Assembly: GCA_937888435.1 (NCBI GenBank)
Contig: CALAQS010000109.1
Span: 26,039 to 90,038 of the forward strand
Direction: 5' to 3'
Origin: an uncultured Acidobacteriota bacterium
Lineage (GTDB): Bacteria; Acidobacteriota; Thermoanaerobaculia; UBA5066
Length of the DNA: 64,000 nucleotides
This document shows, piece after piece, positions 49,077 to 60,592 of this stretch. Below the pieces are notes generated by a model, which was not told where the DNA came from, did not search any database, and saw only the letters and a list, made by a program, of their open reading frames with translations. The position numbers were made by a program, and so were the translations under genes. The number at the start of each line of letters is the position of its first letter. Position 1 is the stretch's first letter.

Positions 49077-49808
49077 ATGTTCGAAGCCTCGCTCATCGAG
49101 TCAGGGAAGCACAAGGGGACCCAGCGCTGGTACACGCTGCCGCTCTCGTTCCTGATCCACCTCGTCGTGGTCGGGACCGCGGTCGGCCTCTCGATGTGGT
49201 TCATCGAGGACATTCCCGAGCCCCCGATCCCGGTGCAGTTCTACTCAAGCCAGGCGGCCCCGCCGCCCCCGCCGCCGCCGCCGGCGAAGGCCGCGGCCGC
49301 GAAGCCGACTCAGAAAGTCGAGCCCGTCAAGCCGAGCCAGGTGACATCCCCCCTCGTCGTTCCGGAGTTCCTTCCGCCGCCGACGAGCGCCCCCGAGCCG
49401 GATAACGCCGGCGTGGAAGGCGGCGTGGAGGGCGGCGTGGAGGGCGGCGTCGCGGGCGGCGTCATGGGCGGCGTCCTCGGCGGCGTGAAGGGCGGAATGC
49501 TCGGCGAGAAGGGCGAGGAGCCCCTCCGGGTCGGCGGCGAGGTCAAGGAGCCCGTCGAAATCTCGCGCGTGAAGCCGTCGTATCCCGAAGCGGCCCGCAA
49601 GGCCCGCATGCAGGGCGTCTGCATCCTTGAGGCCATCATCACGAAATCGGGCGATGTCGAGTCCGTTCGCGTGCTCCGCGGTCTGAACCCGCTCCTCGAC
49701 AACGCGGCGATTCGTGCGGTCTCGCAATGGAAATACAAGCCTGCGACCTTCAATGGACGCGCCGTTCCGGTCTATCTGACGGTCACCGTTACCTTTACGC
49801 TCCAGTAA
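49077..49808 (+). CDS. tonB: Energy transducer TonB.
   Basis: N-terminal TM anchor, a Pro-rich spacer, a Gly-Gly-Val 4-residue repeat array and the TonB C-terminal domain (ARMQGVCILEAIITKSGDV ... YKPATFNGRAV). Confidence 0.85.
   Translation: MFEASLIESGKHKGTQRWYTLPLSFLIHLVVVGTAVGLSMWFIEDIPEPPIPVQFYSSQAAPPPPPPPPAKAAAAKPTQKVEPVKPSQVTSPLVVPEFLPPPTSAPEPDNAGVEGGVEGGVEGGVAGGVMGGVLGGVKGGMLGEKGEEPLRVGGEVKEPVEISRVKPSYPEAARKARMQGVCILEAIITKSGDVESVRVLRGLNPLLDNAAIRAVSQWKYKPATFNGRAVPVYLTVTVTFTLQ
49412..49498. repeat. Tandem 12-bp repeats (GGCGGCGTGGAG-like, ~7 units) inside tonB encoding (GGVx)n.
   Basis: Direct reading of ggcgtggaaggcggcgtggagggcggcgtggagggcggcgtcgcgggcggcgtcatgggcggcgtcctcggcggcgtgaagggcgg. 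Confidence 0.7.
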
Positions 49809-49835
49809 GGCGCCGGCGGCCACTCGAAATAGAAT

Positions 49836-49875
49836 AGAAACGCAAGGACCACGAGCTCCGCTCGGAAACGCAAGG
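49836..49875 (+). promoter_or_regulatory. Direct repeat GAAACGCAAGGA (x2, 28-nt spacing) plus AATAGAATAGAAA tract upstream of exbB. Candidate operator or regulatory element.
   Basis: Copies at 49836-49847 and 49864-49875. The second copy overlaps the exbB RBS. The AT-rich tract at 49828-49840 is unusual in this GC-rich DNA. Confidence 0.3.
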
Positions 49876-49887
49876 AGGACGATTCAA

Positions 49888-50568
49888 ATGGATATGAGTC
49901 TGATGGGGCTGATCAAGACGATGTCGCCGCCCGCGCTGGCGATCTTCTTCCTGCTCTGCCTGCTTTCGGTCTACTCGCTCGCCGTGTCGGTCGAGCGGTG
50001 GATAACCTTCCAGAAGGCGAAGCAGCAGTCGGTCAAGTTCGCCCTGGAGGTCGGCCAGCTCCTGAAGCAGGACAAGCTCAGGGAGGCGATCGACCTCGCC
50101 AAGAAGTACAAGAACAGCCACGTCGCGAAGGTCGTGTCCGCGGGGCTCCTGGAGTTCGCCTACGAGGCGCACGGCGCCGCCGCGCAGGGGCACGACACCG
50201 TCGCCGCCGCGGAGCGCGCGGTCGAGCGCGCCTCGATGATGACAACCGCGGACCTCAAGAAGGGCCTCGGCGGTCTTGCCACGATCGCGACGACGGCGCC
50301 GTTCATCGGCCTTCTCGGCACCGTCATCGGCATCATTAACGCCTTCCGCGGCATGGCGGCGTCCGGGGCCGGCGGTCTCGGCTCGGTGTCGGCCGGCATC
50401 GCGGAAGCTCTCGTCACGACCGCCTTGGGCCTCTTCGTCGCCATTCCGGCGGTGTGGCTCTACAACATGTTCCTCAACAAGATCGAGCGCTTCCAGGTCG
50501 AGATGTCGAATTCGGCCTCCGAGCTCATCGATTACTTCATGAAGCGCCAGGCGACGAAGGCCGCGTGA
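49888..50568 (+). CDS. exbB: MotA/TolQ/ExbB-family proton channel.
   Basis: Three TM helices and the TolQ/ExbB signature (ATTAPFIGLLGTVIGIINAF). Confidence 0.88.
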   Translation: MDMSLMGLIKTMSPPALAIFFLLCLLSVYSLAVSVERWITFQKAKQQSVKFALEVGQLLKQDKLREAIDLAKKYKNSHVAKVVSAGLLEFAYEAHGAAAQGHDTVAAAERAVERASMMTTADLKKGLGGLATIATTAPFIGLLGTVIGIINAFRGMAASGAGGLGSVSAGIAEALVTTALGLFVAIPAVWLYNMFLNKIERFQVEMSNSASELIDYFMKRQATKAA

Positions 50569-50641
50569 GGACCGTCCGGTCAACAGAGATCCCGCCAGCC
50601 GCCCTCGAGCGGATAGCGGCGCAGTAGCGAGGAGTTCACTC

Positions 50642-51061
50642 ATGGGAATGGATAGCTTCGGCGGCCGTCAGAGCATGAAGAGCGACATCAACGTGACGCC
50701 GCTCGTCGACGTGTGCCTCGTTCTCCTCATCATCTTCATGGTCGTGACGCCGATGCTCCAGAAGGGCAAGCCCGTGACGCTCCCGCAGACCGACCGGCCC
50801 GACAAGAAGCCCGAGTCCGACAAAGAGCTCATCATCTCCGTGATTTCCGACAAGACCATCTTCATCGACACGAAGTGGTTCCCCCCGAAGGATTTCGAAG
50901 CGAAGATGAAGGAGATCGGCGAGCGCGCGGCGAACAAGGACATCCTCATCAAGGCCGACAGAACCCTGAACTTCGGCGACGTCAAGAACGTCATGAGGAT
51001 GATCAAGGACGGCGGGTTCGAGCGCGTCGGCCTCATCACCGAGAAGAAACCGGACAAGTAA
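50642..51061 (+). CDS. exbD: ExbD/TolR-family biopolymer transport protein.
   Basis: INVTPLVDVCLVLLIIFMV TM segment plus a periplasmic domain. Confidence 0.88.
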   Translation: MGMDSFGGRQSMKSDINVTPLVDVCLVLLIIFMVVTPMLQKGKPVTLPQTDRPDKKPESDKELIISVISDKTIFIDTKWFPPKDFEAKMKEIGERAANKDILIKADRTLNFGDVKNVMRMIKDGGFERVGLITEKKPDK

Positions 51062-51072
51062 GGAGTTATCCC

Positions 51073-51516
51073 ATGGACATCGGAGGTGGCGACGGACCCA
51101 AGTCGGAGATCAACGTGACTCCGCTCGTGGACGTCGTTCTCGTCCTTCTCATCATCTTCATGGTCGTCCAACCGCTTCTGCAGCGCGGCTACGACGTGCA
51201 GGTCCCTCCGAACGCGCCCGCGACACCGCCGAACACGCCGCCACCGACGGACCAGATCATCGTGTCGCTCACGGCAAACCGGGAGTACTACCTGAACAAG
51301 GAGAAGGTCGACCCGCAGAACATCGCGATCCGCCTCCAGGAAGTCCTGCGGAATCGCAGCTCGAAGGTCGTCTTTTTCTCGGCCGAGGACACCGTCAAAT
51401 ACGACGATGCGATGAAGCTCATGGACATCGTCCGCAACAGCGGGAGCGGCGACAAGAAGGTGAACATCGGCATCGTCATGGACTGGGTCAACCCGGCCGG
51501 GCCGGCGACTCCCTGA
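51073..51516 (+). CDS. exbD: Second ExbD/TolR-family protein.
   Basis: INVTPLVDVVLVLLIIFMVV TM segment. It is a paralog of the preceding gene. Confidence 0.85.
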   Translation: MDIGGGDGPKSEINVTPLVDVVLVLLIIFMVVQPLLQRGYDVQVPPNAPATPPNTPPPTDQIIVSLTANREYYLNKEKVDPQNIAIRLQEVLRNRSSKVVFFSAEDTVKYDDAMKLMDIVRNSGSGDKKVNIGIVMDWVNPAGPATP

Positions 51517-51555
51517 GCTTGAGATCCGCGGCGCCCTCCTCTTCCACGACCCTCG

Positions 51556-51580
51556 ACGTCCCCGGTCATGCCGGGGACGT
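51556..51580 (+). terminator. Perfect 10-bp stem / 5-nt loop hairpin after the exbD pair (candidate intrinsic terminator).
   Basis: ACGTCCCCGG TCATG CCGGGGACGT, followed by TGCCTGTCTG (weak U-tract). Confidence 0.4.
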
Positions 51581-51631
51581 TGCCTGTCTGAGCCTCCCCT
51601 TTTTGCCCCCGACGAAAGGACGTTCACGCGC

Positions 51632-54064
<2,433 letters not shown>

Positions 54065-54074
54065 GGAGGGACCC

Positions 54075-55484
54075 ATGGGCACGATGACGAAGTCGGGCTC
54101 GACGCAGCCGGCGTTTCCAAGAACGCTTCCCAGGAGGCTCGGCCTCGTCGACGCGACGACGATCGTCGCAGGATCGATGATCGGCTCGGGCATCTTCATC
54201 ACGTCGGCCGACATCGCGCGGCAGGTCAAGAGCGCGAGCCTCCTCCTCCTCGTCTGGGTCTTCACGGCGCTCGTCACGGTGGCGGGCGCCTGGAGCTACG
54301 GAAAGCTCGCCATGGCGTTCCCGAAAGCCGGCGGTCAGTACGTCTACCTGCGCGAGGCGTGGGGCGACCTCGGCGGGTTCCTTTACGGCTGGGCGGCCCT
54401 TCTCGTCATCCAGACGGGCACGATCGCGGCCGTGGCCGTCGCCTTCGCGAAGTATCTCGGCGTCCTCATTCCGGCCATTTCCTCGAAACACGTGTTCTTC
54501 AAGGCGAAATTTCTCAGCATCACGCCGCTCGAGATCGTCGCGATCCTGCTGATCGCCCTCCTCACCTGGTGGAACACGACGAGCGTCCAGAACGGCGCCC
54601 GCCTCCAGAACGTCTTCACCGCGGCCAAGGTCCTCTCCCTCGTGGGTCTCCTGTCCGTGTGTTTCCTGGCCGGCGGGCAGCTCGGGAACATCTCGTGGGC
54701 GCTTCCCGCGGCCGGGGACCTCAAGATTCCCCTCCTATGGGCATTCGCCGTGGCCACCGTCGGCTCGCTTTTCTCGGCTGACGCGTGGAACAACGTGACC
54801 TTCCTCGGCGAGGAAGTGCGGGACGCCGAGACGAACGTGCCGAAAGCCCTCGTGTACGGAACCGGGCTCGTGACTCTACTCTACGTCCTCGCGAACGTGG
54901 GCTACCTGAGCGCCCTCCCTCTCTCCGGCATCGCGTCGGCTCCCGAGGACCGCGTCGCGACGGCGGCCATCGGGGCCGTCTCGGGCTCAGCCGAGGCGGG
55001 CACGCCGGCGCTCATCATGGCCTGCATCATTCTCGTGTCGACGTTCGGCTGCCTGAACGGCCTCATCCTGGCGGGGTCGCGTGTCCTTTACGCGATGTCG
55101 CGCGACGGACTTTTCCTGCCGGCCTTCAGCGAAGTCGCGCCGAAGACGATGATCCCGGTAAACGCCCTCGTGGCGCAGTTTCTCTGGTCGGCCCTTTTGT
55201 GCCTCTCCGGCAGGTACGGCGACCTCCTGGATTACGTCATTCCGACGGTCCTGATGTTCTACATCGCGACGATCGTCGGGCGATGGAAGCTCGCCCGGAC
55301 GAATCCCGCCCTCGCGCCGCGCTCCCTCGCGGACCGCGTCATCCCCGTCCTCTACGTCATCGCGACGGTCTACGTGACGATTGCCCTCGTGGTTTTCAAG
55401 CCTACATTTACCGTGCGCGGTCTGGTCATCGTGGCCCTCGGCGTCCCGGCGTTCTTCCTGTTCCGGAAAAAGCCGGCGGCCTGA
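54075..55484 (+). CDS. APC-superfamily amino acid permease.
   Basis: 12 TM helices with an N-terminal AGSMIGSGIFITSADIA consensus. Confidence 0.82.
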   Translation: MGTMTKSGSTQPAFPRTLPRRLGLVDATTIVAGSMIGSGIFITSADIARQVKSASLLLLVWVFTALVTVAGAWSYGKLAMAFPKAGGQYVYLREAWGDLGGFLYGWAALLVIQTGTIAAVAVAFAKYLGVLIPAISSKHVFFKAKFLSITPLEIVAILLIALLTWWNTTSVQNGARLQNVFTAAKVLSLVGLLSVCFLAGGQLGNISWALPAAGDLKIPLLWAFAVATVGSLFSADAWNNVTFLGEEVRDAETNVPKALVYGTGLVTLLYVLANVGYLSALPLSGIASAPEDRVATAAIGAVSGSAEAGTPALIMACIILVSTFGCLNGLILAGSRVLYAMSRDGLFLPAFSEVAPKTMIPVNALVAQFLWSALLCLSGRYGDLLDYVIPTVLMFYIATIVGRWKLARTNPALAPRSLADRVIPVLYVIATVYVTIALVVFKPTFTVRGLVIVALGVPAFFLFRKKPAA

Positions 55485-55502
55485 CGTCCCCGATCGACGC
55501 CT

Positions 55503-56678
55503 CTAAACGAGGAGCGAGAAGACCTCGTTCGACAGGAGCACGCCGCGGCGCGTGAGGCGCACGCGCCCGTCGGCGCGCTCCAATAAGCCCGCCACAAAGG
55601 TGTCCTCGAGGCGAGAGATCGATTCGGACGGAAGAAGAGACGAGATTTCTTCGAAAGTGTCGGAGGGGACTCCGCTCGACAGGCGCAGGCCCAGCATCAA
55701 TCCCTCCTTACTTCTGGGAAGATCTTCCTGTTCCTCTTCGGACGTCGCGACGGGCGAGATGCCCTCCCGCGTGCGCCGGAGGTATTCGGTCAGCATTCCC
55801 GTATTCGCATAGCGCTTTCGTCCGTCGTACGAGTGCGCCCCGACGCCGAAGCCGAGAACGGGCGTGAGCGTCCAGTACTTCAGGTTGTGCCGGCTCTCGA
55901 ATCCCGGCCGCGCCCAGTTCGAGAGCTCGTAGCGCGGCACGTCCACCGCCGTCAGGCGCTCGTCCACTGCCTCCCACCGGTCCGCCATCTCGTCGTCATC
56001 CGGGAAGAGCTCCGGCCTCTCCTTCTTCAGGGCGACGAGGCGCGGCGCCTTGTCGATCTCGAGGAGATAGACGGAGAGGTGCGTCACTCCCGCCTCGAGG
56101 AGCCCGTCGACGCTCGCGAGCAGAGTCTCACGCGTCTGTCCCGGAATGCCGATCATCAGGTCGGCCGAGACGTTCCCGAAAACGCGCGCGGCTTCCGACA
56201 CGGCCCGACGCGCGGCCGCGGCGTCGTGCCGCCGCTCCAGGGGAAGGAGCTCGGCGTCCACGAGCGACTGCACGCCGATGGAGAGCCGGTTTACCCCGAT
56301 TCCCCGAAGGGCTAGCAGCCGGGAGACATCGAGGTCGTCCGGATTCGCTTCGACCGTTATCTCAACATTCGAAGAAATTCCGAAGACTTCTTCGAGGGTC
56401 CCTAGCACGCGGCCGAGCCGGAGCGGATCGACGTACGAAGGGGTTCCTCCACCGAAGTACACGGAGTCGAATCCCCTGATCGCGGCAAGAGCGCCCCCCG
56501 AGGCCTCTACCTGCCTCGCGCGGATCTCCCTCTCCACCCCTTCAAAGAAGTCTCCCTCTTCTCTTTTCCCCTCTTGCGCGATGAACGAGCAATATGTGCA
56601 GCGGTGCGCACAGAAAGGCACGTGGACGTACGCGCCGGGCGCGCCGGTTGCGCCCCGCGGGAGGCCGTCAGCGGTCAC
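55503..56678 (-). CDS. hemW: Radical SAM heme chaperone HemW (HemN-like).
   Basis: CxxxCxxC radical-SAM motif (CAHRCTYCSF) and a HemN C-domain. Confidence 0.85.
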   Translation of the reverse strand: MTADGLPRGATGAPGAYVHVPFCAHRCTYCSFIAQEGKREEGDFFEGVEREIRARQVEASGGALAAIRGFDSVYFGGGTPSYVDPLRLGRVLGTLEEVFGISSNVEITVEANPDDLDVSRLLALRGIGVNRLSIGVQSLVDAELLPLERRHDAAAARRAVSEAARVFGNVSADLMIGIPGQTRETLLASVDGLLEAGVTHLSVYLLEIDKAPRLVALKKERPELFPDDDEMADRWEAVDERLTAVDVPRYELSNWARPGFESRHNLKYWTLTPVLGFGVGAHSYDGRKRYANTGMLTEYLRRTREGISPVATSEEEQEDLPRSKEGLMLGLRLSSGVPSDTFEEISSLLPSESISRLEDTFVAGLLERADGRVRLTRRGVLLSNEVFSLLV

Positions 56679-57349
56679 GCGCCTTCGGTCAGGAGGCCGC
56701 GCAAGCGCTCGTCCCGCGCGCCTTGCGCTTCAACGGCTTCGCGTGTCTCGCCGAGCCGCGCCGCCAGGAGCCGCTCGACGTACTTTCCGAGGACGTCCAC
56801 CTCGAGGTTCACGCGGTCGCCGGCCTTTCGCTCCCCCAGCGTCGTGGCCGTGAACGTGTGGGGGATGACGGCCACGTCGAACGAGCTCTCTCCGAGCGCC
56901 GCCACGGTGAGCGAGATCCCGTCCACGGCGATCGAGCCCTTCTCGACTGTGTAACGCGCGAGGGGAGCCGGCAACGAGAACCGGAAGGTCCACGAGTCGC
57001 CGGACTTCTCGACGGCGAGCACTTCGGTCGTTCCGTCCACGTGCCCCGCGACTATGTGCCCGCCGAGGCGGTCGCCTGCGGCGAGCGCGCGCTCGAGATT
57101 CACGCCTGCGCCCACGGCCAGGTCGCCGAGAGCCGAGCGCGAGAGAGTCTCGGGCGAGACGTCGAAGAACAGCGCCTGGCCCCGAGCCGCCGGGGGTACG
57201 ACCGTCAGGCAAACCCCGGAGACGGCGATGCTCTCTCCGACGGCGGCGTCTCCAAAGGCCGGCGGCCGCTCGACCGCGAGGACGGCGCCCGCCGCGCCCG
57301 ACCGAAGTGAAACGACGCGGGCGACGGCGGACACGAGGCCGGTGAACAT
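56675..57349 (-). CDS. ribE: Riboflavin synthase (alpha subunit).
   Basis: Starts MFTGLV, with two lumazine-binding repeats. 4-nt overlap with hemW. Confidence 0.85.
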   Translation of the reverse strand: MFTGLVSAVARVVSLRSGAAGAVLAVERPPAFGDAAVGESIAVSGVCLTVVPPAARGQALFFDVSPETLSRSALGDLAVGAGVNLERALAAGDRLGGHIVAGHVDGTTEVLAVEKSGDSWTFRFSLPAPLARYTVEKGSIAVDGISLTVAALGESSFDVAVIPHTFTATTLGERKAGDRVNLEVDVLGKYVERLLAARLGETREAVEAQGARDERLRGLLTEGA

Positions 57350-57359
57350 CCCGCGAATC

Positions 57360-58487
57360 CTACCCGACCACGAAATCCGGCAGGATCCGCGCCGACAGTC
57401 GCAGATCGTCTCCGATCCGGACCGCGTCGAGGCCGGCGAGGCGGCAGGCGTCTCCGAGACGGTCAGCCCCCTCGCCCCCGAGCGGTGAGCGGGCGTCGGC
57501 GCCGCCCACGAGAAGCGGCGCGACATACGCGGTCACGCGGTCCACGAGACCCGCCTTCAGGAACGACGCGGCCGTCACGCCTCCGCCCTCGACGAGCACG
57601 GAGCGCACCTCGAGGGCGTGGAGCGCGCCGAGGAGAGCCCCCAAATCGACGCCGCCGCCCGCCGCGGGCCTCGAGAAGACCTGCACGCCGCGCTCGAGGA
57701 ATGGCGCGAGGCGCGGATCGCCGGACGGCACTGCCGTGACGAGCCAGACCTCGCCTCCCGCCGCGGAGAACACGCGTGCGGTGGCCGGCACGCGGAGGGC
57801 TCCGTCGAGGACGAGTCGGCGATGCGGCGTGATCGCCGAGGAAAGCGCAAGGCGGCGGGTCAGGAGAGGGTCGTCCGCGAGGATCGTGAGCGCGCCGACG
57901 AGGATCGCGTCGCACTCCTCGCGCAGGCGCAAGGCGTCCTCGCGCGCGGCCTCGCCGGTGATCCACTTCGAGTCGCCGCTCCGCGTCGCGGTCCGGCCGT
58001 CCAGCGACGCCGCCCACTTCAGGTGGACGAACGGACGGCGGGCGCGAATGGCCTTCAGGAAGGCCTCGTTCAGCGTCTCGGCCTCGTCCGCGAAGGCTCC
58101 GACCAGCACGTCGACGCCGCGCTCTTTGAGACGGCGGACCCCGCGCCCGGCGGTCCGCGGGTCGGGATCCTCGATCGAGCAGACGACGCGCGAGACCCCC
58201 GCCGCGAGCAGCGCCTCCGTGCAGGGAGACGTGCGACCGAAATGAGAGCAGGGCTCGAGGTTGACGAGCAGTGTCGCGCCCTTCGCGCGCGCTCCCGCGG
58301 CCGCCAGCGCGATGGCCTCGGCGTGCGGGCCGCCGGCGCGCTCGTGAGCGCCTTCCCCGATCACCGTCCCGTTCGCGTCGACGAGGACGGCGCCGACGCG
58401 CGGATTCGGTGACGTCGAAAAGCGCCCACGTTGGGCGAGCTCGAAGACGCGCCGCCAGAGGACGTCGAGAGGCGAGGTTTCAATCAT
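57360..58487 (-). CDS. ribD: Bifunctional riboflavin biosynthesis deaminase/reductase RibD.
   Basis: CMP/dCMP deaminase zinc motifs (HAEAIAL, PCSHFGRTSPC) plus a RibD C-terminal reductase domain. Start taken at MIETSP. Confidence 0.85.
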   Translation of the reverse strand: MIETSPLDVLWRRVFELAQRGRFSTSPNPRVGAVLVDANGTVIGEGAHERAGGPHAEAIALAAAGARAKGATLLVNLEPCSHFGRTSPCTEALLAAGVSRVVCSIEDPDPRTAGRGVRRLKERGVDVLVGAFADEAETLNEAFLKAIRARRPFVHLKWAASLDGRTATRSGDSKWITGEAAREDALRLREECDAILVGALTILADDPLLTRRLALSSAITPHRRLVLDGALRVPATARVFSAAGGEVWLVTAVPSGDPRLAPFLERGVQVFSRPAAGGGVDLGALLGALHALEVRSVLVEGGGVTAASFLKAGLVDRVTAYVAPLLVGGADARSPLGGEGADRLGDACRLAGLDAVRIGDDLRLSARILPDFVVG

Positions 58488-59412
58488 CCACGAGCGCTCC
58501 GGCGAACGCCGCCGCATCGAAGTCGAGAAGGTCGTCCGTCGTCTCGCCCACGCCCACGTAACGGACCGGCAGCGCGAGCTCGCGCACGATCGCCAGGATC
58601 ACGCCGCCCTTCGCCGTTCCGTCCATCTTCGTGAGCACGAGACCGGTGACACCGGCGGACTTCGTGAACTCGCGGGCCTGGGCGATCCCGTTCATTCCCG
58701 TCACGGCGTCGAGAACGAGAAGGACCTCGTGCGGCGCCCCCGGAATGCTGCGTGCGGCGATGCGGCGGATTTTGGAAAGCTCCTCCATGAGGTTGTGCTT
58801 CGTGTGAAGGCGTCCGGCCGTGTCCACGAGAAGCAGGTCGGCCTTTCGCGCGAGCGCAACCGCGCACGCGTCGTGGACGACGGCGGCCGGATCGGCCCCC
58901 GCCTTGAGCTTCACGAGGGGAACGTTCAGCCGGGAGGCCCACACCTCGAGCTGCTCCATCGCCGCGGCGCGGAACGTGTCCGCCGCAGCGAGGACGACCG
59001 ACTTCCCCGCGGCCACGGCGCGTGCCGCGAGCTTGGCGGCCGTCGTCGTCTTGCCCGTGCCGTTCACCCCGACCAGGAGAATCACGTGGGGAGATCCGGG
59101 CGCGAGGTCGGGCCCGCGGATAGAGAGCCGCTTTTCGACCTCGGCCTTGAGAACACGCCTGACGACGTCCTGCTCGGCGGCGTCGCGCCGCCCGGCCTCG
59201 GCCTTCACGGCGGCGACCAGCTCCTCCGCCGTCGCCGGACCCACGTCGGCCGCAAGGAGGCCCTCCTCGAGCGCGTCGAGCGCCGCGGGATCCGCCTCGA
59301 ACGTGGCCCGGATCGCGCCTCCCACCTTCGCGAGGAGCTCCGTGTGGGTCATGAAGAGCCCGCGCTTCAGGCGGGCGAGGACAGAGGACGGGTCGCGATC
59401 GCCGTTCGCCAT
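58480..59412 (-). CDS. ftsY: Signal recognition particle receptor FtsY.
   Basis: NG domain with GVNGTGKTTT, DTAGR and TKMDGTAKGG motifs. Confidence 0.9.
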   Translation of the reverse strand: MANGDRDPSSVLARLKRGLFMTHTELLAKVGGAIRATFEADPAALDALEEGLLAADVGPATAEELVAAVKAEAGRRDAAEQDVVRRVLKAEVEKRLSIRGPDLAPGSPHVILLVGVNGTGKTTTAAKLAARAVAAGKSVVLAAADTFRAAAMEQLEVWASRLNVPLVKLKAGADPAAVVHDACAVALARKADLLLVDTAGRLHTKHNLMEELSKIRRIAARSIPGAPHEVLLVLDAVTGMNGIAQAREFTKSAGVTGLVLTKMDGTAKGGVILAIVRELALPVRYVGVGETTDDLLDFDAAAFAGALVDD

Positions 59413-59441
59413 CGACCTCCGAGACTAGCAGGACCCGAGGC

Positions 59442-59792
59442 TCACGAGACCTCGGCGACGAGGCGCGCGCGGGCCTCGTCGAGCCGTGCGCGCGCGGCGT
59501 GCGGCTCGCCGCCACCGTCGAAGACGACGAGGACGAAGTAGCCCGCTTTCACGTGAGTCGTGAGAATTCGCCGGCTCGCGAACTGGAACGAGAGATCGGA
59601 GATCTCGCCGAGGCCCGAGCGCTCGGCCGCGCGGCGCAGCTCTCCCAGCCATACGGACTGGTAGGCTCCGAGAACTTCCGTCGCGCTCTTCCCGCCCACG
59701 CGCGCGATGATCTCGCCCTGCGGGTCGATGAAGGCCGCGCCCAAGGCGCCCGGAGCGTCGAGAAGACCCTCGAGCGCGTCCGCGAATCTCAT
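59442..59792 (-). CDS. Roadblock/LC7-domain (MglB-like) protein.
   Basis: 116-aa alpha-beta-beta-alpha-beta pattern (LGAAFIDPQGEIIARVGG ... YFVLVVFD). 4-nt overlap with the upstream TPR gene stop. Confidence 0.65.
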   Translation of the reverse strand: MRFADALEGLLDAPGALGAAFIDPQGEIIARVGGKSATEVLGAYQSVWLGELRRAAERSGLGEISDLSFQFASRRILTTHVKAGYFVLVVFDGGGEPHAARARLDEARARLVAEVS

Positions 59793-60592
59793 CGTTCGGT
59801 CTCCGGAGTCGCGGGTTCGTTCGCGAGGAAGCGGCGCGCGCGCCGCCCTTCGTCACTTTCCGGGGCGGCGCTGACCGTGCGCTGCATGTAGCGGACCGCG
59901 AGGTCGCGCCGGCCGCCCGACAGAAGGCAGAGCGCGGCCTGATAGTTCGCGACCGAGTCTTGCGGTTCGTTCTTCAGGACGGAGAGAAAATCCTCGAGCG
60001 CGCCCTTCAGGTCGTCGAGCTTCATACGCGCGAGACCCCGTTCGCGAAACGCGCGGTCGTTGTCGGGTGAGTCGGCGAGGGCGAGCGAGAATTCGCGTTC
60101 GGCGTCGCGCCAGGCCTCCCGCCGGCGGTGCAGGAGCCCAAGGTTGTAATGCGCATTCGCTTTCTCGGGCGACGGAGGGCCGTCGAGGACGGCCTGAAAG
60201 TCGACCTCCGCGTCCTCGAAGTGGCCCGCCTCCATTTGCGCGACTCCTCGGTTGTTTCGCGCTTCGACGAACGTGGCGTCGAGGCGGAGCGCGTCCGAGA
60301 ACGCCCGCAAGGCGTCTGGGTAGTCCCTCTTGAAGAGCAGCGCGAGCCCGAGCGCGTTCGGAACGTGCGGATCCCGCGGCGAGCTCGTGCGCGCCCTGAG
60401 GAGAATCTGGATGGCCTCGTCCGCGCGGCCTTCCCGCAGCATGGAAAGTCCGCTCCGATAGTCGACGAGGTCGGAAAGGTTGGGGTTCTCTTTCGGAGGC
60501 GCCGAAGCGCTTCCGCACCCCGCGAGACCGGCCGAAAGCACGAGAAGCTCCGCCGCGGCGATGCAGGCGGCCCGGACGCTCCACGTCCTCAC
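59789..60592 (-). CDS. TPR-repeat lipoprotein.
   Basis: GTG start. Lipobox LSAGLAGC. 5-6 TPR units. GTGA overlap with the HD-GYP gene stop. Confidence 0.68.
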   Translation of the reverse strand: MRTWSVRAACIAAAELLVLSAGLAGCGSASAPPKENPNLSDLVDYRSGLSMLREGRADEAIQILLRARTSSPRDPHVPNALGLALLFKRDYPDALRAFSDALRLDATFVEARNNRGVAQMEAGHFEDAEVDFQAVLDGPPSPEKANAHYNLGLLHRRREAWRDAEREFSLALADSPDNDRAFRERGLARMKLDDLKGALEDFLSVLKNEPQDSVANYQAALCLLSGGRRDLAVRYMQRTVSAAPESDEGRRARRFLANEPATPETER

